A DNA stretch of 64,000 bases from the human T2T-CHM13v2.0 reference genome, Homo sapiens, in NCBI RefSeq assembly GCF_009914755.1, contig NC_060938.1; one strand, written 5' to 3'. Positions 29,799 through 44,849 of the stretch are shown piece by piece. Under the pieces are notes generated by a model that was not told where the DNA came from, did not search any database, and saw only the letters and a program-made list of their open reading frames with translations. A program made the position numbers and the translations under genes. Position 1 is the stretch's first letter. Each line of letters begins with the position of its first letter.

Positions 29799-32700
29799 GT
29801 TTAAGTTTACTACTTCTTACTCTTTCAAATTCCTTCAAGTAGCTTAAAAGCATTGGAAATTGTAAGCAGAATGCTAATGTAAATTGGTGGGAAGTAATTG
29901 GGAATGTCTCATTAAATATGACATTAAAAAAAGGACGTTTAAAAATTTTTTTCGAAAGGATATGAGGTACTCACGAAAGATTTAAATTAATGGCTCTTAT
30001 GCTTATGATTGAGTCATTTGGTGACATTAGCTTCATTCTTTATTATTTAGTGCTTACAATATTTGAGTTCCTGTACTAGGTGTGAAGTGTACCATATCTG
30101 ATTATTATATGTTTATGCTATTCTTAGAAGAGGAACTTGAAAATCTTAGGGGAGTGTTTGAAGATGAGCCAGTTAATTAGCATTGTGATTTAGGTGTTGT
30201 GTGCCCAGGGCATCAGAATTGTACATTGTGAGTCTTAAAAAAAAATGAGGAAATGTAGAGCCATAATTTGGATACCTCTGAAGAGATGAGGGTCAGGGTT
30301 GTAATTTTAGGTGAGAAAACTACAAATGCATTAATTCTGACAAATGGCCACAAAATTTGATTTCATTACCTTTTACTATTTTTGAACTATTAGTTTAGGT
30401 TCAGAGGTATCTGTACAGGTTTGTTATATACGTAAACTTGTGTTATGGGGGGTTTGACGTACAGATTATTTCATCACCCAGGTACTAAGCCTAGTACCCA
30501 ATAGTTATGTTTTCTGTTCCTCTCCCTGCTTCCACTCTCCACCCTCTGGTAGGCTCCATTGTCTATTGTTCCTTTCGTTGTGTTTATGTGTTCTCATCAT
30601 TTAGCTCCCACTTATAAGTGAGAACATGTGGTATTTGGTTTTCTGTTCCTGCATTAGTTTGCTAAGGATAATGGCCTCTACTTCTATCCATGTTACTGCA
30701 AAGTACATGATCTCATTTTTTTTTATGACTGCATAGTGTTCTGTTGTGTATATGTACCACATTTTCTTTATCCAGTCTACCCTTGATAGGCATTTAGGTT
30801 GATTTCATGTCTTTGCTATTGCAAATAGTGCTTCTGTGAACGTAGGCATGCATGTGTCTTTATGATAGAATGATTTATGTTCTTTTGGTTATATACCCAG
30901 TAATGGGATTCCTGGATCGAATGGTAGTTCAATTTTTAGCTCTTTGAGAAATGGCCACACTGCTTTCCACAGTGGTTGAACTAATTTTACACTCCCACCA
31001 ACAGTGTGTAAGCATTCTCTTTCCTCTGCAACCTTGCCAGCATCTGATTTTTTTTACTTTTTAATAATAGCCATTCTGACTAATGTGAGATGGTATATCA
31101 TTGTGGTTTTGATTTGCATTTCTTTAATGATCAGTGATGTTGAGTGTTGATCAATGTTGGGCTTTTTTTCATATACTTGTTGGCTGTATATATGTCTTCT
31201 TTGGAAAAGTGATCACATCCTTTACCCACTTTTTAATGTGTTTATTTTTTTCTTGTGAATTTGCTTAAGTTCCTTATAGATGTTGGAAATTAGACCTTTG
31301 TCAGATTCATAGACCTTTACAGTTGCAAAATTTTCTGTCATTCTGTAGGTTGTTTGTTTTCTCTGTCGATAGTTTCTTTTGCTGTAGAGAAGCTCTTTAG
31401 TTTAATGAGATCCCATTTGTCAGTTTTTGCTTTTGTTGCAGTTGCTTTTTGTGTCTTTGTCATGAAATCTTTCCCAGGTCCTATGTTCAGAATGGTATTG
31501 CCTACGTTGTATTCCAGGCTTTTTCATAGTTTTGGGTTTTAAGTCTTTAATCCGTCTTGAGTTGATTTTTGTATGTAGTCTAAGAATGTGTCCAGTTTCA
31601 ATCTTCTGCATACGGCTAGCCGGTTATCCCAGCATCATTTTATTGAATAGGAAATCCTTTCTCCATTGCTTGTTTTTGTAGGCTTTGTTGAAGATCAGAT
31701 GGTTGTAGATATGCAGTCTTATTTCTGGGCTCTTTGTTCTGTTCCATTGGTCTGTGTGTCTGTGTTTTTTGTTTTGTTTTGTTTGTTTACCAGTACCATG
31801 CTGTTTTGGTTACTATAGTCGCATGATATAGTTGGAAGTTGGGTAGCATGATGCCTCCTGCATTGTTCTTTTTGCTTAGGATTACCTTGGCTATTTGGGC
31901 TGTTTTTTGGTTTCATATGAATTTTAAAATAGTTTCTCTAATTCTGTAAAATGTCGTTCGTAGTTTGATAGGAATAGCATTGAATTTGTAAATTGCTCTG
32001 GGCAGTATGGCAATTTTAATTTTAATGACATTGATTTTTCCTGTCCACGATCATGGAGTGTTTTCCCATTTGTGTCATCTCTTGATTTCTTTGAGCAGTG
32101 TTTTGTAATTCTCATTGTAAAGATCTTTCACCTCTGTGGTTAGCAGTATTCCTAGGTATTTTATTCTTTTTGTGGCAGTTGCGAATGGGACTGTTTTCCT
32201 AATTTGGCTCTTGGCTTGGCTGTTGTTGCTGTATAGGAATGGTAGTGATTTTTGTACATTTAATTTGTATTGTGAAACTTTGCTTAAGTTGTTCATTAGC
32301 TTATGGTGCTTTTGGGCTGAGACATTGGGGTTTTGTAGGTATAGAATCATGTCATCTCCAAACAGTGATAGTTTGACTTATGCCCTTTATTTTTTTTTCT
32401 CTTGCCTGATTGCTCTTGAAAGGACTTCCAATACTATGTTGAATAGTAATTGGTGAGAGAGGGCATCTTTGTCTTGTGCCAGTGTTCAGCTTTTGCCCAT
32501 TCAGTGTGATGTTGGCTGTGGGTTTGTCATAAATGGCTTTTATTATTTTGATGTATGTTCCTTCAATACCTAGTTCATTGAGAGTTTTTAACATGAAGGG
32601 ATGGTGACTTTTGCCGAAAGTCTTTTCTGTATGTATTGAGATGATCATGTGGTTTTTGTCTGTAGTTATAGTTGTGTGATGAATCATACTTATTGATTTG

Positions 32701-32854
32701 CATAAGTTGAACCAACCTTGCATCCCAGGGATAAGCCCTACTTGATCATGGTGAATTAGCTTTTCAATATGCTTCCGGATTTGTTTCGCTAGTATTTTGT
32801 TGAAGATTTTTGCATCAGTGTTCATCAAGGATATTGACTTGAAGTTTTCTTCTC

Positions 32855-33122
32855 TTTTTTTTCCTTGAGAAACAAAGGTACTTTTTTTTTGTCTTTGTTT
32901 TTTGAGCCAGGGTCTCACTTTGTCACCCAGCCTGGAGTACAGTGTGCAAACATGACTCACTGCAGCCTTAACCTCCCAGACTCAAGTGATCTTCCCACTT
33001 CAACCTCCTGAATAGCTGAGACTATAGGCATGTGCTACCATGCCTGGCTAATTTTTATTTTATTTTATTTTTTATTTTATTTTATTTTTAGAGATGGAGT
33101 TTCACCATGTCGCCCAGGCTGG
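32855..33122 (-). mobile_element. 5'-truncated AluJ inside L1
   Basis: Right monomer plus part of left; degenerate TSD agtt(t/c)tctt. Confidence 0.88.
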
Positions 33123-33794
33123 AGTTCTCTTTCTTTGTTGTATGTCTTCCAAGTTTTAGTATCATCATGATGCTGGCCTTATAGAATCATTTAGGGAGGA
33201 TTCCCTTACCCTCAATTTTTTTGTAATAGTTTTAGTAGGTATGGTACTAGCTCTTCTTTGTACATCTGGTAGAATTAGGCTGTTAATCTGTCTGGTTCAG
33301 GGCTGTTTTTCTTTTTTTTTTTTTTTTTGGTTGGTAGGCTATTTATTACTGATTAAATTTTGGAGCTCATTATTGGTCTGTTCAGGGATTCAGTTTCTTC
33401 CTGGTTCAGTCATGGGAGGGTGTATGTGTTCAGGAATTTATCCATTTTTTTCTAGACTTTCTAGTTTTTGTGCCTAAAGGTGTTCATAATTGTCTGGTTA
33501 TTTGTATTTCTGTCCAATCTGTAATAATATCCCCCTTTGTTGTTTTTGATTGTGTTTATTTGGATCTTCTCTTTTTTTCTTTATTAGTCTAGCTAGTGGT
33601 CTATGAATCTTGTTAATTTTTTCAAAAAACAAACTCCTGACTTCATTGATCTTTTGGATGATTTTTTGTGTGTGTGTTTCAGTCTCCTTCAGTTCAGCTC
33701 TGATTTTGGTTATTCTGCTAGCTTTGGGATTGATTTGCTCTTGCATCTCTAGTTCTTTTAGTTGTGATATTAGGTTGTTAAATTGAGATCTAAT

Positions 33795-34163
33795 ATATAT
33801 GTATATATGTTATATATACATATGTATATAAATGCTATTTTTTAATTTTATTTTTTATTTTTTATTTTATTTTATTTTTTTTGAGACAGTCTCGCTCTGT
33901 TGCCCAGGCTGGAATGCTATGGCACGATCTTGGCCCATTGCAGCCTCTGCCTCCCAGGTTCAAGCGATTCTCATGCCTCAGCGTCATGAGTAGCTAGGAT
34001 TACTGACGTACACCACCAAGCCCAGCCAATTTTTTATATTTTTAGTAGAGACGGGGTTTCACAATGTTGGCCAGTCTGATCTCGAACTCCTGGCCTCAAG
34101 TGATCTGCCTGCCTTGGCCTCCCAAAGTGCTGGGATTACAGGTGTGAGGCACTGTGCCCAGCT
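33795..34163 (-). mobile_element. Alu (S-like) with (TA)n-expanded tail inside L1
   Basis: Full Alu body 33880-34163. Confidence 0.9.
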
Positions 34164-36109
34164 CTTTCTAACTTTTTGATGAGAGTGTTTAGTGCTATAC
34201 ATTTCTCCCATAACACTGCCTTAGCTGTGTCCCAGAGATGCTGGGTATGTTGTATCTTTGTTCTCACTAATGTTAAAGAACTTCTTTGGTTTCTGCCTTA
34301 CTCAGAAGTCATTCAGCAGCAGGTTGTTTTATTTCCATGTAATTATATGGTTGTGAGTGATTTTCTTAGTCCCAACTTCTATTTTTATTATGCTGTGTTC
34401 CGAGAGAGTAGTTGGTATGATTTCCGCTCTTTTGCATTTGCTGAGAATTGTTTTTTGTCTGACTGTGTGGTCAGTTTTAGAGTATGTGCCATGTGCAGAT
34501 GAGAAGAATGTATATTCTTTTGTTTTGGGGTAGAGTTCTATAGATGTCCATTTGGATCTATTTGGCCCAGTGTTGAGTTCAGTTCCTAAATATCTTTGTT
34601 AATTTTTTATCTCAATGATCTGTCTAATACTGTTGGTGAGGTGTTGAAGACTCCCACTGTTATTGTGTGGGAGTCTAAGTCTCTTTGAAGGTTCCTAGGA
34701 ACTTGATTTATGAATCTGGATACTCCTGTGTTGGGTGCATATATATTTAGGATAGTTAGGTCTTCTTGTTGAATTAAACCTTTTACCATTATGTCATGCC
34801 CTTTTTTGTCTGTTTTGATCTTTGTTGGCTTAAAATCTGTTTTTTTCTGCTTTCCATTTGCTTGGTAGATTTTTCTCCATCTCTTTATTTTTTAGCCTAC
34901 GGGTGTCATTGCACGTGAGATGTGTCTCTTGAAGACAGCATACCATTGAGTTGTGCTTCTTTATTTAGCTTGCCATTCTGTGCCTTTTAATTGGGGGCAT
35001 TTAGACCATTTACATTCAAGGCTAGTATGGATATGTGTGGATTTGATCTTGTTATTGTGTTGTTAGCTTTTTATTATACCTACTTGTTTGTGTGGTTGCT
35101 TTATAGTGTCACTTGGTCTGTGTACTTCAGTGTGTTTTTGTAGTGGTTGCTAATGGTCTTTCCTTTCCATATTTAGTGCTTCTTTAAGGGGCTCTTGTAA
35201 GGCAAGTCTGGTGGTAATGAATTCCCTCAGCATTTGCTTGTCTGAAAAGGATCTTATTTCTCCTTCACTTATGAAGTTTAGTTTGGCCAGTTATGAAGTT
35301 CTTGGTTGGAATATCATTTCTTCAAGATATTGAATATAGACCCCCAATCTCTTCTGACTTATGAGGTTTCTTCTGAGAGGTCTGTTGTTAGTCTGTTGGG
35401 CTTCCTTTTGTAGGTGGCCTGTTCTATCTCTCTAGCTGCCTTTAACATGTTTTCTTTCATTTCAGCCTCATAGAATCTGATGATTATGTATCTTGGGCAT
35501 AATCTTCTTGAAAAGTATTTTGCAGGGGTTCTCTGCATTTCCTGTGAATGTTGGCCTCTCTCTATAGGTTCAGAAAGTTCTCATGATGGTATCCTGAAAA
35601 GTGTTTTCCAGGTTGCTTCCAGTCTCCCCATTTCTTTCAAGGATGCCGATGAGTTGTAGATTTGGTCTCTTTACATAATCCCATATTTCCTGGAGGTTTT
35701 GCTATTCCCTTTTGTTCTTCATCTTCTTCTTCTTTTTTTTTTTTTTTGCTGACTGTCTTATTTCAGAAAGCCAGTCTTCAAGTTCTATGATTTTTTTCCT
35801 CAGCTTGGTCTGTTTTGCTGTTAATACTTGAGATTCTTATAGAGGTTTTTTCAGCTCTATCAGATCAATTATGTTTTTTCTGTACTGGCTATTTTGTCTT
35901 TCAGCTCTTGTATCATTTTATTGTGCTTCTTAGCTTGCTTAGATTGGCTTTTAGTGTTCTCCTGAATCTTGATGCTCTTTTTTCTTATCCATATTCTGAA
36001 TTTTATTTGTTGTTTCAGCCATGTCAGCCCAGTTAAGAACCCTTGCTGGAGAACTAGTGTAGTCATTGGGAGGAAAGAAGACACTCTGGTTTTTTGAGTT
36101 GTTGGAGTT

Positions 36110-36447
<338 letters not shown>

Positions 36448-37398
36448 GAGTTGTTGGAGTTCTTGTGCTGGTTCTTTCTCATCTTTGTGGGCTAATGTTT
36501 CTTCAGTCTTTGAAGTTGCTGTCATAAGAATGGGTGTTTTTTCTTTTATTCTGTTTGACGACCTTGGGGCTTTGATTGTGGTATAACATGGGTTCTGTGA
36601 ACTGTTGTGCTGGAGTGGCCGAGGTGCCCTCGGACTGCTAGTCACAACACTTTGATAGGTGGTGCCAGCCAAAGCACTTCATAGGGTGATGGCAACGGGA
36701 TCTATCCTTGTTCGCATGTGCCAGCGGCAGTGGCAATGTGGCGGGGTGCATGTTCATTGGCTGTAGCAGGGTGTTAGTGGGTGCTGGCCTCCCTGCAGGC
36801 ATTCGGAGCAGTGAGTTCAGGTCTGACTCTTTAGTCCCCTAGGGCCAAAGTCTCCTATGGGAGCAAGTCGAGCCTAGTGGGTTAGGTGTCCCTGGCTGTG
36901 CTCCACTACAGATGCTCCCACACCAAACCCTCTGGGCTCTATCCTTACCACTTCTCGAAGCAGCTTTCCCTGCCAACTCAAGTGTCCATGGTGTTTGAGG
37001 GGTCTCCTCCTGCTGGGATTCCAGAGGCCTGTGGCCAGAGTGGGTCGCTCCTTGCCTGTTCAACTCACCCTCTCCGCTGGAGTTGTTGGGGACCAATAAT
37101 GAGCCTTAGTGTGTGGTAGCTCCTGAAGGGTTTCCAGCTTCCTCTCTCTTCACATCAGCCCCTGTTCTTTCAGTGCCTTCCCTCTGAAGATCTGCTAGAA
37201 GTGTATCAGTCTCCCTGATGTCCTGGTCCCTCAGTTAGAGAGGTTCCTCCTGGCTGCATCTGGTCGACCATCTATGGCTCCTGGAGCTGAGGACATGAAG
37301 CAGTGAATACAGGACCCCAAGCTCTGGCTGGAGTGAGACAAAGACCCCACCATATCCCTGGAAGTCGCTACTGATATCTTTAAAAATTGCTGCTTCTA

Positions 37399-37716
37399 GG
37401 CCGGGAATGGTGGCTCACGCCTGTAATCCCAGTAGTTTGGGTGGCCGAGGTAGGTGGATTGCCTGAGGTCAGGAGTTCGAGACCAGCCTGGCCAACATGA
37501 TGAAACCCTGTCTCTACTAAAAATACAAAAGTTAAGTGGGTGTGGTGGCATGCGCCTGTAATCCCAGCTACTCAGGAGGCTGAGGCAGGAGAATTGCTTG
37601 AACCCTGGAGGTGGAGGTTGGCAGTGAGCCAAGATCGCGCCATTGCACTCCAGCTTGGGTGACAGAGCAAGACTCTGTCTCAAAAAACAAAACAAAACAA
37701 AACAAACACAAAAAAA
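37399..37716 (+). mobile_element. AluSx-like
   Basis: Full Alu with (CAAAA)n tail; TSD ending gctgcttcta. Confidence 0.94.
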
Positions 37717-38129
37717 ACGCTGCTTCTAGATAAATCCATTGAGTTTGGTGTAGCAAAAAATTGTTCCCCTTTAATTTTCTGCTGGCCGATATAAAATGAA
37801 GACATTTAATTATTCAAGATCTTTTAGATATTAGTTGTTATTCATTTGTGAGAAAACTCACATCGATACATGGTAGTCACTACATACACTTGCCAAAACT
37901 GCTTTTGTTTTTGTTCTATTATGGCTAAAAGAGATGGGTCTACCTGTAGTGTTACCTAGGCAATATGGATGTACACTGTATTTCATCGTCCTAAATTGCT
38001 TACCATTGAAATTCATATATTATGTTTGTTACTTTGGTAGTGTGTTCCCTTGTAACTCTGCCCGTGAAGAGTAATAATCCCTTGGTCAGCCATACCGTGT
38101 TTCTTTGATTCATTTGAAGTTGAGAGCAA

Positions 38130-38530
38130 GGGCTTCATCATTAAATAAATCTTTGCTCTTCCTGGTTTTGTGATCTTAGGCAAATTAATTAACCTTTTGT
38201 GTTTTACCTGATATTAGCATAGTTCAGTAGTTGAGTGGACTCTAGAGCTAGCTTGTAGGGATTTGAATCCTGGCTCTACTACTTAAAAGTATGTACGACT
38301 CTGGGCAAGTTACTAAATTTTTTGCTTCTTCTTTCTTATCTGTAAATTAAGGATAATATGGGTACTTATTTATGTACTAATAGAGATAATAGAGAATGTT
38401 TATTGAGTGTTTACTATGTGCCAGATTTAAACCTGGGTAAAAATAACATAATAGGGTTGTTGTGAGGCCTGAATGAATAAAATAAGTAAAACACTTTGTA
38501 CAGGTTCCTAGTACATTTTCAGCCAATTAT
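38130..38530 (+). mobile_element. MIR fragments
   Basis: tgaatcctggctctactactta...ctgggcaagttact...atctgtaaa core. Confidence 0.7.
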
Positions 38531-38984
38531 GTATAAAATGGGGTTGTGATAATTATAATGAAGCATATATGTCTGTGGAATAAGTATGGATCCAATATTT
38601 GTGGCAGAAAAAGACCACACTGTGTAACTCCATTGATTGGCTAATTGGTGGAGACACACAGAATGAGTCCCAACATTCTTTTAGGTAACTTGTATAAAAC
38701 ATATTAACTTTTCTCTCCCAGATCATGTGCAAGATATGGTAGATCCAAGAATCCTATCCAATGATACTTCAAAATTGTAACCTTAGTATACCTGTTGTGT
38801 TAAAAGTATTGTTTAGAATTGGCCACACTCGACAGATGGCCAGGGAAGTAAAAGCACTTATTGGGGATAGCTTTGACACCAGCTGTATTATATTAAAGAT
38901 ATGATATAAAACTTTTCTCAACATCAGTAGTGATTCTGAAGCTGTCAGAAATAGATAGGGAGTCATGATGCCCCTAAAGTTCAT

Positions 38985-39430
38985 TTCCCCTTTCCTCTAT
39001 AGTAATAGAACCCTGATTTTTGTTTGTTTGTTTTAACTGGGTACATGGATGACTAGAAGAAAAGACTATTTCCCAGCCATGTGATTAAATTCTGGCAAAA
39101 AAGAGATGAAAGCAGAAGTATTATGTGTGTACTTCTAAAAGACAGTGGCTCAGCTGGGAAGGCATACCTTTTTACCATTCAGTTTTCTTCCACTTTATTG
39201 AAAGTGTAATAACTGGAGCATTAACAATCATTTTGTACCATGAGGCAGTCTTGAAGATGGAAGCCAGGCATCTAGAGTGGTGGAAGAGAAAGCTAGAAGC
39301 TTGGGTCCCTGAGGACTTTGTGCAACCATCATCTCTACTTCACCTATCTCCAGACTTCTTTTACAAAAGAAAAAACCAAATCTCAATATTGCTTAAGCTA
39401 TTGCTATGTTGAGATACTCTGTAATGTTCA
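38985..39430. mobile_element. Old ERVL/MaLR LTR (LTR33/MLT1J-like)
   Basis: tatttcccagcc...aaattctggc...gcagaagt and gcttgggtccctgagga motifs. Confidence 0.6.
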
Positions 39431-39989
39431 GAATTGTATCCCTATACCAAGAGGAAGAAGTGTAAATAATGAAACACTGTTGAGATGGAATGGTTTATGT
39501 ACACAGGAGCATGTGTTGTGTATGGAGAGCTGGAGAGTAGCATAAATAACTAACGAAGTGAGAAGATTGTAGATCTACTTTAATCATGCTAGTGAAACTG
39601 GAATATTGTATTAAAGGAAAATGTGAAACTTTGGAAAAAAGGAAATATGTAATAATTCAATGACATTTGTACAACTAGTTATCAGGTCACATTTTGATGG
39701 ATATTGGGGATGGTTAAGAAAGCTAGGCGGCACAGATCACTCTGGTCTTTGGAATATAGATTAATGGTTTTTCATATGATTCTTTGTTATGCCATTGTTA
39801 AATGAAGTGTTTATAACCTTATTTTTTTCTGGTAAATCATATTTTATTAATGAGACTTCAAGTGTCTTATCTCAAAATGTTGGATTGGTAAATTTGAAAA
39901 AAATGTTAGAAAACATTAGCTATTTCCTGAGGGAGAGGTTGAGCCTTTACAACAAATGTTGATATTCTTTTACTTGTTAATATAAAGAT

Positions 39990-40545
39990 GCGTAATTGTC
40001 AGGGTTGTCTAGAGAAACAGTACCAATAGGGTATAAATAAATAGATACATAAGAGGAGATTTATCATGGGATTATAGTCATTCAAGATGTCCCACCATAT
40101 GCCATCTGCAGGCTGGAGAACAGGAAAGCCAGTGGTGTGAATTAGTCCAAGCTCAAAGGCCAGAAAACCAGGGGAACCCAAGGTCTAAGTCTCAGTTCAA
40201 GGCGGAAGGCCTTCGGAGGGGATTGCTGCTGCTGGATAAGTCTTGGAGTCTGAAGGCCCAACAATTAGTAGCTCTGGTATTTGAGAGCAGGAGGTGAAAG
40301 TACCAGCTCAAGAAGAGAGTGAGAATTCACCCATCCTCAACCTTTTTGTTTAATTCAGGTGGTCCTCAAAGGACTGAATGATGCCTGCTCACATTGGTGA
40401 GGGCACATGTTCTTTATTCAGTCTACTAATTCAAATGCTAATCTCTTCTGGGAACACCCTCACTGACACACCCAGAAATGATGTTTTACCAGTGATCTGG
40501 GTATCCCTTAACCCAGTCACGTTGACATAAAAAATTAACCATTAT
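39990..40545 (-). mobile_element. MLT2B-like ERVL LTR
   Basis: acaccctcactgacacacccagaaatgatgttttaccag...ttgacataaaaattaaccat terminus. Confidence 0.85.
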
Positions 40546-40719
40546 AAGATATTTTGGTTTTCATTCACAAATCATAAAAAATATTTGTGGTTTTCACTCA
40601 CGAATATAAAAATAATTGTGGGGTTGCCTGTCCTTGTGTTAAAAGTATACATAGAGGAGATTTTCTAGTTTTCTCTTGCAATTCTTAAAGCCAGCATGTT
40701 CTTAATAATAGAAAAAAGC

Positions 40720-40935
40720 TGCCATTGATTCTGGTTCTGCTACTTACTGGCTTTATGACCTTGGGGAAGTTATTTAAATTCAGCGTACCTTAATTTTCTT
40801 CACTGTAAAATGGGGATAATAATACCTACCTACGTCGTAAGGGTATTGAGAGGATTAAATATTATGATATCTGTGAAGCAATTAGTAAAGGGCCTTGCAT
40901 TCAGGAAACACTATATAAATGTAATCGTTATTATT
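40720..40935 (+). mobile_element. MIR
   Basis: tgaccttggggaagttattt...ctgtaaaatggggataataatacctacct core. Confidence 0.8.
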
Positions 40936-41544
40936 ATACTTAATGAGAGACCAGCGTAATAGGAATTATGACGGTCATTTTAAAGACAAAGTAATGCAGG
41001 TTCGGATATGTCCTGCTTGATTCTTTACTGTCCCATTTCTATATTAGCGGTGCCAGGATTTAGACCTTGTTCTGTCTAACCTTAGAGCCTGTACTTTCCA
41101 AGATCTTATACCATCATCCAACATTATCAGATCCCTCTGTGTCCTAACTGTTCACCTAACATATTATGTGTATTTGTCTTTAGCATATCAAACTGAGCCA
41201 TAGTATCCCACAATGGTTGTACCATAATTTATTTGTTTCCCTTATTTTGTGAGATATATACTCTATGCCACTAATCTGGCCTATGTGTTAGTGAATTGAA
41301 TACCAGCCAGTGATACCATTATGATATTCTTCATACATGCAGTAGTAAAGATTAGCCTTTAAAGGGCTTTCATGTCTCTTGTATGAAGAGTGCATGTTTA
41401 CTGCACTTTTGAATCCCTACTATTCTGTAGAAACAGTTTTGAATGTGTTTGAATTTGCACCTTTGAATCTATTGTTCTTTAGAAACTGTTCCCTGGAAAG
41501 ATTGTTAATGTTTATTCATTATTTGTGTTGTATATGACTAGGAA

Positions 41545-41842
<298 letters not shown>

Positions 41843-42334
41843 ATGACTAGGAATTTTTTTTGCAATCCATTTATCTCTCCTTATAACTATTAAATGTTGT
41901 GTTTAAGGACCCTGCAGCTTATCAAGAGTTGATTTGAATGCAAGTTATTTCTTCGAAATTACATTTGGACCTATTTCTGAACATCTGCTTTTGACATTTT
42001 ATGCACGTAAATATAAATGAGTAAACATATGAAAATGACTTTGAATCTTAGTTCTAATTCTTATAAGGCCTGATTTAATTTTTATTTTGCTTGGGATTTT
42101 GAATATAGGTATTAAATAAATATAAATTTGGATAATATGTATGGGCTTATTCAACAAATACTAATAAAGAGCTTGCTCTGTTTTAGGTGCTATGTATACT
42201 TTTAGCTCTTGCTCTACTGATACATACCTTTTAGTATAGGAAATAGATAAATAAGCCAATTTGTGTTATAATAGAGAATAATGGAAGAGGGTGAGTGTTT
42301 TTTTAAAAAAAACATAGAGTGTTGTATGTAGCAT

Positions 42335-42810
42335 TCTTGTAGGGTATTGTAGTCATTCTTTTGTTCTTTCTTGTTTTTAGGGTCCCAGTTTTGTTTTGGA
42401 GCCTACCCTCAGGGATAAATTCTGATTAGTCTAAGCTGGTAATGGGAATCTATTCCATTTGTCAGTGATTGAGTTTACAAGGGACAGATGACTCAATCTT
42501 GGCTAGGAAGATGTGCAGGTCTTCAGGGGAGATGACTGTCAGTGGTTTCCTCTCTCTTAAAATTAAGAGACAGATTCCCAGTTGTTCTTTTGCACATAAT
42601 TGCATATGGCTGGAATTGAGGCAGCTAACTTGCTACCAGGAAGAAAGTTAGCTAGAGGACAAAAACAGATATGCTAAGGTAGAATAGAAAGATGAAAAGG
42701 GATTTTTCACAGTTTCATTGAACCCCATTGAATTAGCTTTTTTGCTGTTGAGAAACTAAAATTTTCTTATTTTTAAAGTCACCTTGAGTTGCAATTTCTC
42801 TTGTATCCTA
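42335..42810. mobile_element. MLT1J-like MaLR LTR
   Basis: tctgattagtctaagc...tgactcaatcttggc motifs. Confidence 0.55.
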
Positions 42811-43664
42811 ATGTGTCGTAATTGATACTAGTTGTCAGGGGCTGTTTTTTGGAAAAGAAGTATAATATAAGTAGAGATCTGAATTATAAGAATGAGCCAA
42901 AGGTGGAAGGAATAGCAAGAACAAAGGCTGCATGTTGGGTAAGAACTTGGCATATTCCAGAAACTGGCAGAAGGCTGATCTACTTGGTTTCTAAGCAAGG
43001 GAAAGATAATAACTAATATTTATAGATTGTTTTACTGTGTACAAATCACTTTTATGCATATTATCATAATCTTCACAATTATGTGAGTTTCTACGATTAT
43101 GACTCCTACTTTATAGCAGGGTAAACTGTCCATATGTGATTGATTTGAAATGGTTGCTCTTTCTAATATTAACACATCATGGTGCCAATCAAGTATATAT
43201 TATTTATGTGCACACACACACACAATCGGAGAAAATGGTGATATATATACACATTTCATTTGAATTTACTAGTATTACCATTTTTCAGCAGTATTAATTT
43301 ATTTAGGGCTGAAGGTACAGATGGCAAGTCCAGATTTCTAGACCCATTTGAGTAGTTAATTGTATCAGTAAACACAGCCTGGTGTGTTATTGTGTGTAAT
43401 TGTTAAGGTGAGTGAGATATTCTTGATAAGAACCTTATAAATGTGATTATGTGTTTGTACTTTATAACTAGGAAGATTAATTTCTAAGATATTGGCTGAT
43501 TTCAGTGAATTAGTATTTTGTATTCATGTATTTATGATGCTGGCATTTTAAATTCATATGTATATACTATGACACTACTGATAAGAAATATGAAGTATGA
43601 TAGATGAGTATAAGTAATGAATGAAAATCAAATTTTATAATCTTGGTAGGATTTATATGAAAAT

Positions 43665-43805
43665 TTTCTTTTCTCTGTCCTGCTCTGCCCTCTTTTCCTC
43701 CCTGTCTTACCCTCTTCTTCTCTCTTTTCATCCTCTCCTCTTCCTTCCCCTCCTCTCCTCTTTCTTCCCCTCCCTTTCCCCCACCTCTCTTTTTCGTTGT
43801 CTTCA
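43665..43805. repeat. C/T-rich low-complexity tract
   Basis: Seen directly. Confidence 0.85.
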
Positions 43806-44849
43806 TTTCAGTTTAGTTGGTTTTACCAAATGCTTTTACATAAAGTAAAAGTTTATTTCAGCTAGCATTAAAGGACCCTTTTAATTTATAATACTATTTT
43901 TACTTGTTCCTTTCTACTTCTTTCTTACATTAATAAACACATTATTTGTAAATTACCCTTTTCCCGTATAGGGAGCAAAGCAATAAAAAAGATTTTAATA
44001 AATTCTGTAACAATATTTAGTTAAAAAATGAATTGCGATCAAAGGAGAAGATATTTAAAAAATAGAGTCTTGGGCACATATTAATCCTGAATAGGATTGG
44101 ATTATGTATGTACTATATATGGCTCTTAAAATGTTTGTACATTATAATTGATAATTAGCTTTTCTTTAAAAGTTTTATTTATAATTCTCTTTATCAACTT
44201 GAAAAATTTTTGTTTTCTAGTAGATTGTTAATGAAGAAAATGAGTGTGAAATATGTCATGCTCAATCTGTTACCTTGTAACAGTCATTCGTTAAATTTGC
44301 TAAATAAATGACTTCACTTTTCTGTTAAATTTTTCAGTTTATTCTATTATGTTGAATTACTTCAAGAAACACTTTGTAATAATGATTTTGGTTTTTACTC
44401 TTTTCAGTTGTTAAAAAAGTAAATTGATAACTCTTATAACTGCAGTGTATATTTTAATTTAGGAAATCACTATTATTTGAATAATTTATGATGATTCCTT
44501 TTATTCTGAGAAAAGGTTAGGTTAGTAAGAATGTTCAGTACAATTTCTCTGGTTTGTTAATTATATTACTAGTTATTTAAGTTGATTCTTATTGTCTGAA
44601 ATTTGTGAAAAATATAGTTTTCACTTTAACATTTGGAAAGTTTATTACATCTATATAATAAATGCTGTTGAAATTTTTTTCATTAAAAGTAAGAATGTAC
44701 TAGGTGATGATTTGCTGAAAAAATCTGTCTCATTGAAACTTAAATGCAAGGACATAATTTAGGCATTTAATGAAATAACAACTTTCAATTATTGACATTT
44801 TCAATTATAGTCACAAAATAGGGGTAATTTAAACTTTCTCTTAAAATTT

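Noticed and set aside
40555-40620. ~33-bp imperfect tandem duplication (similar ~18-bp one at 20881-20919)
   Set aside because: Ordinary slippage duplications; no spacer structure, not CRISPR-like.
43567-43806. Charged low-complexity 79-aa ORF
   Set aside because: Translation of the C/T-rich simple tract.
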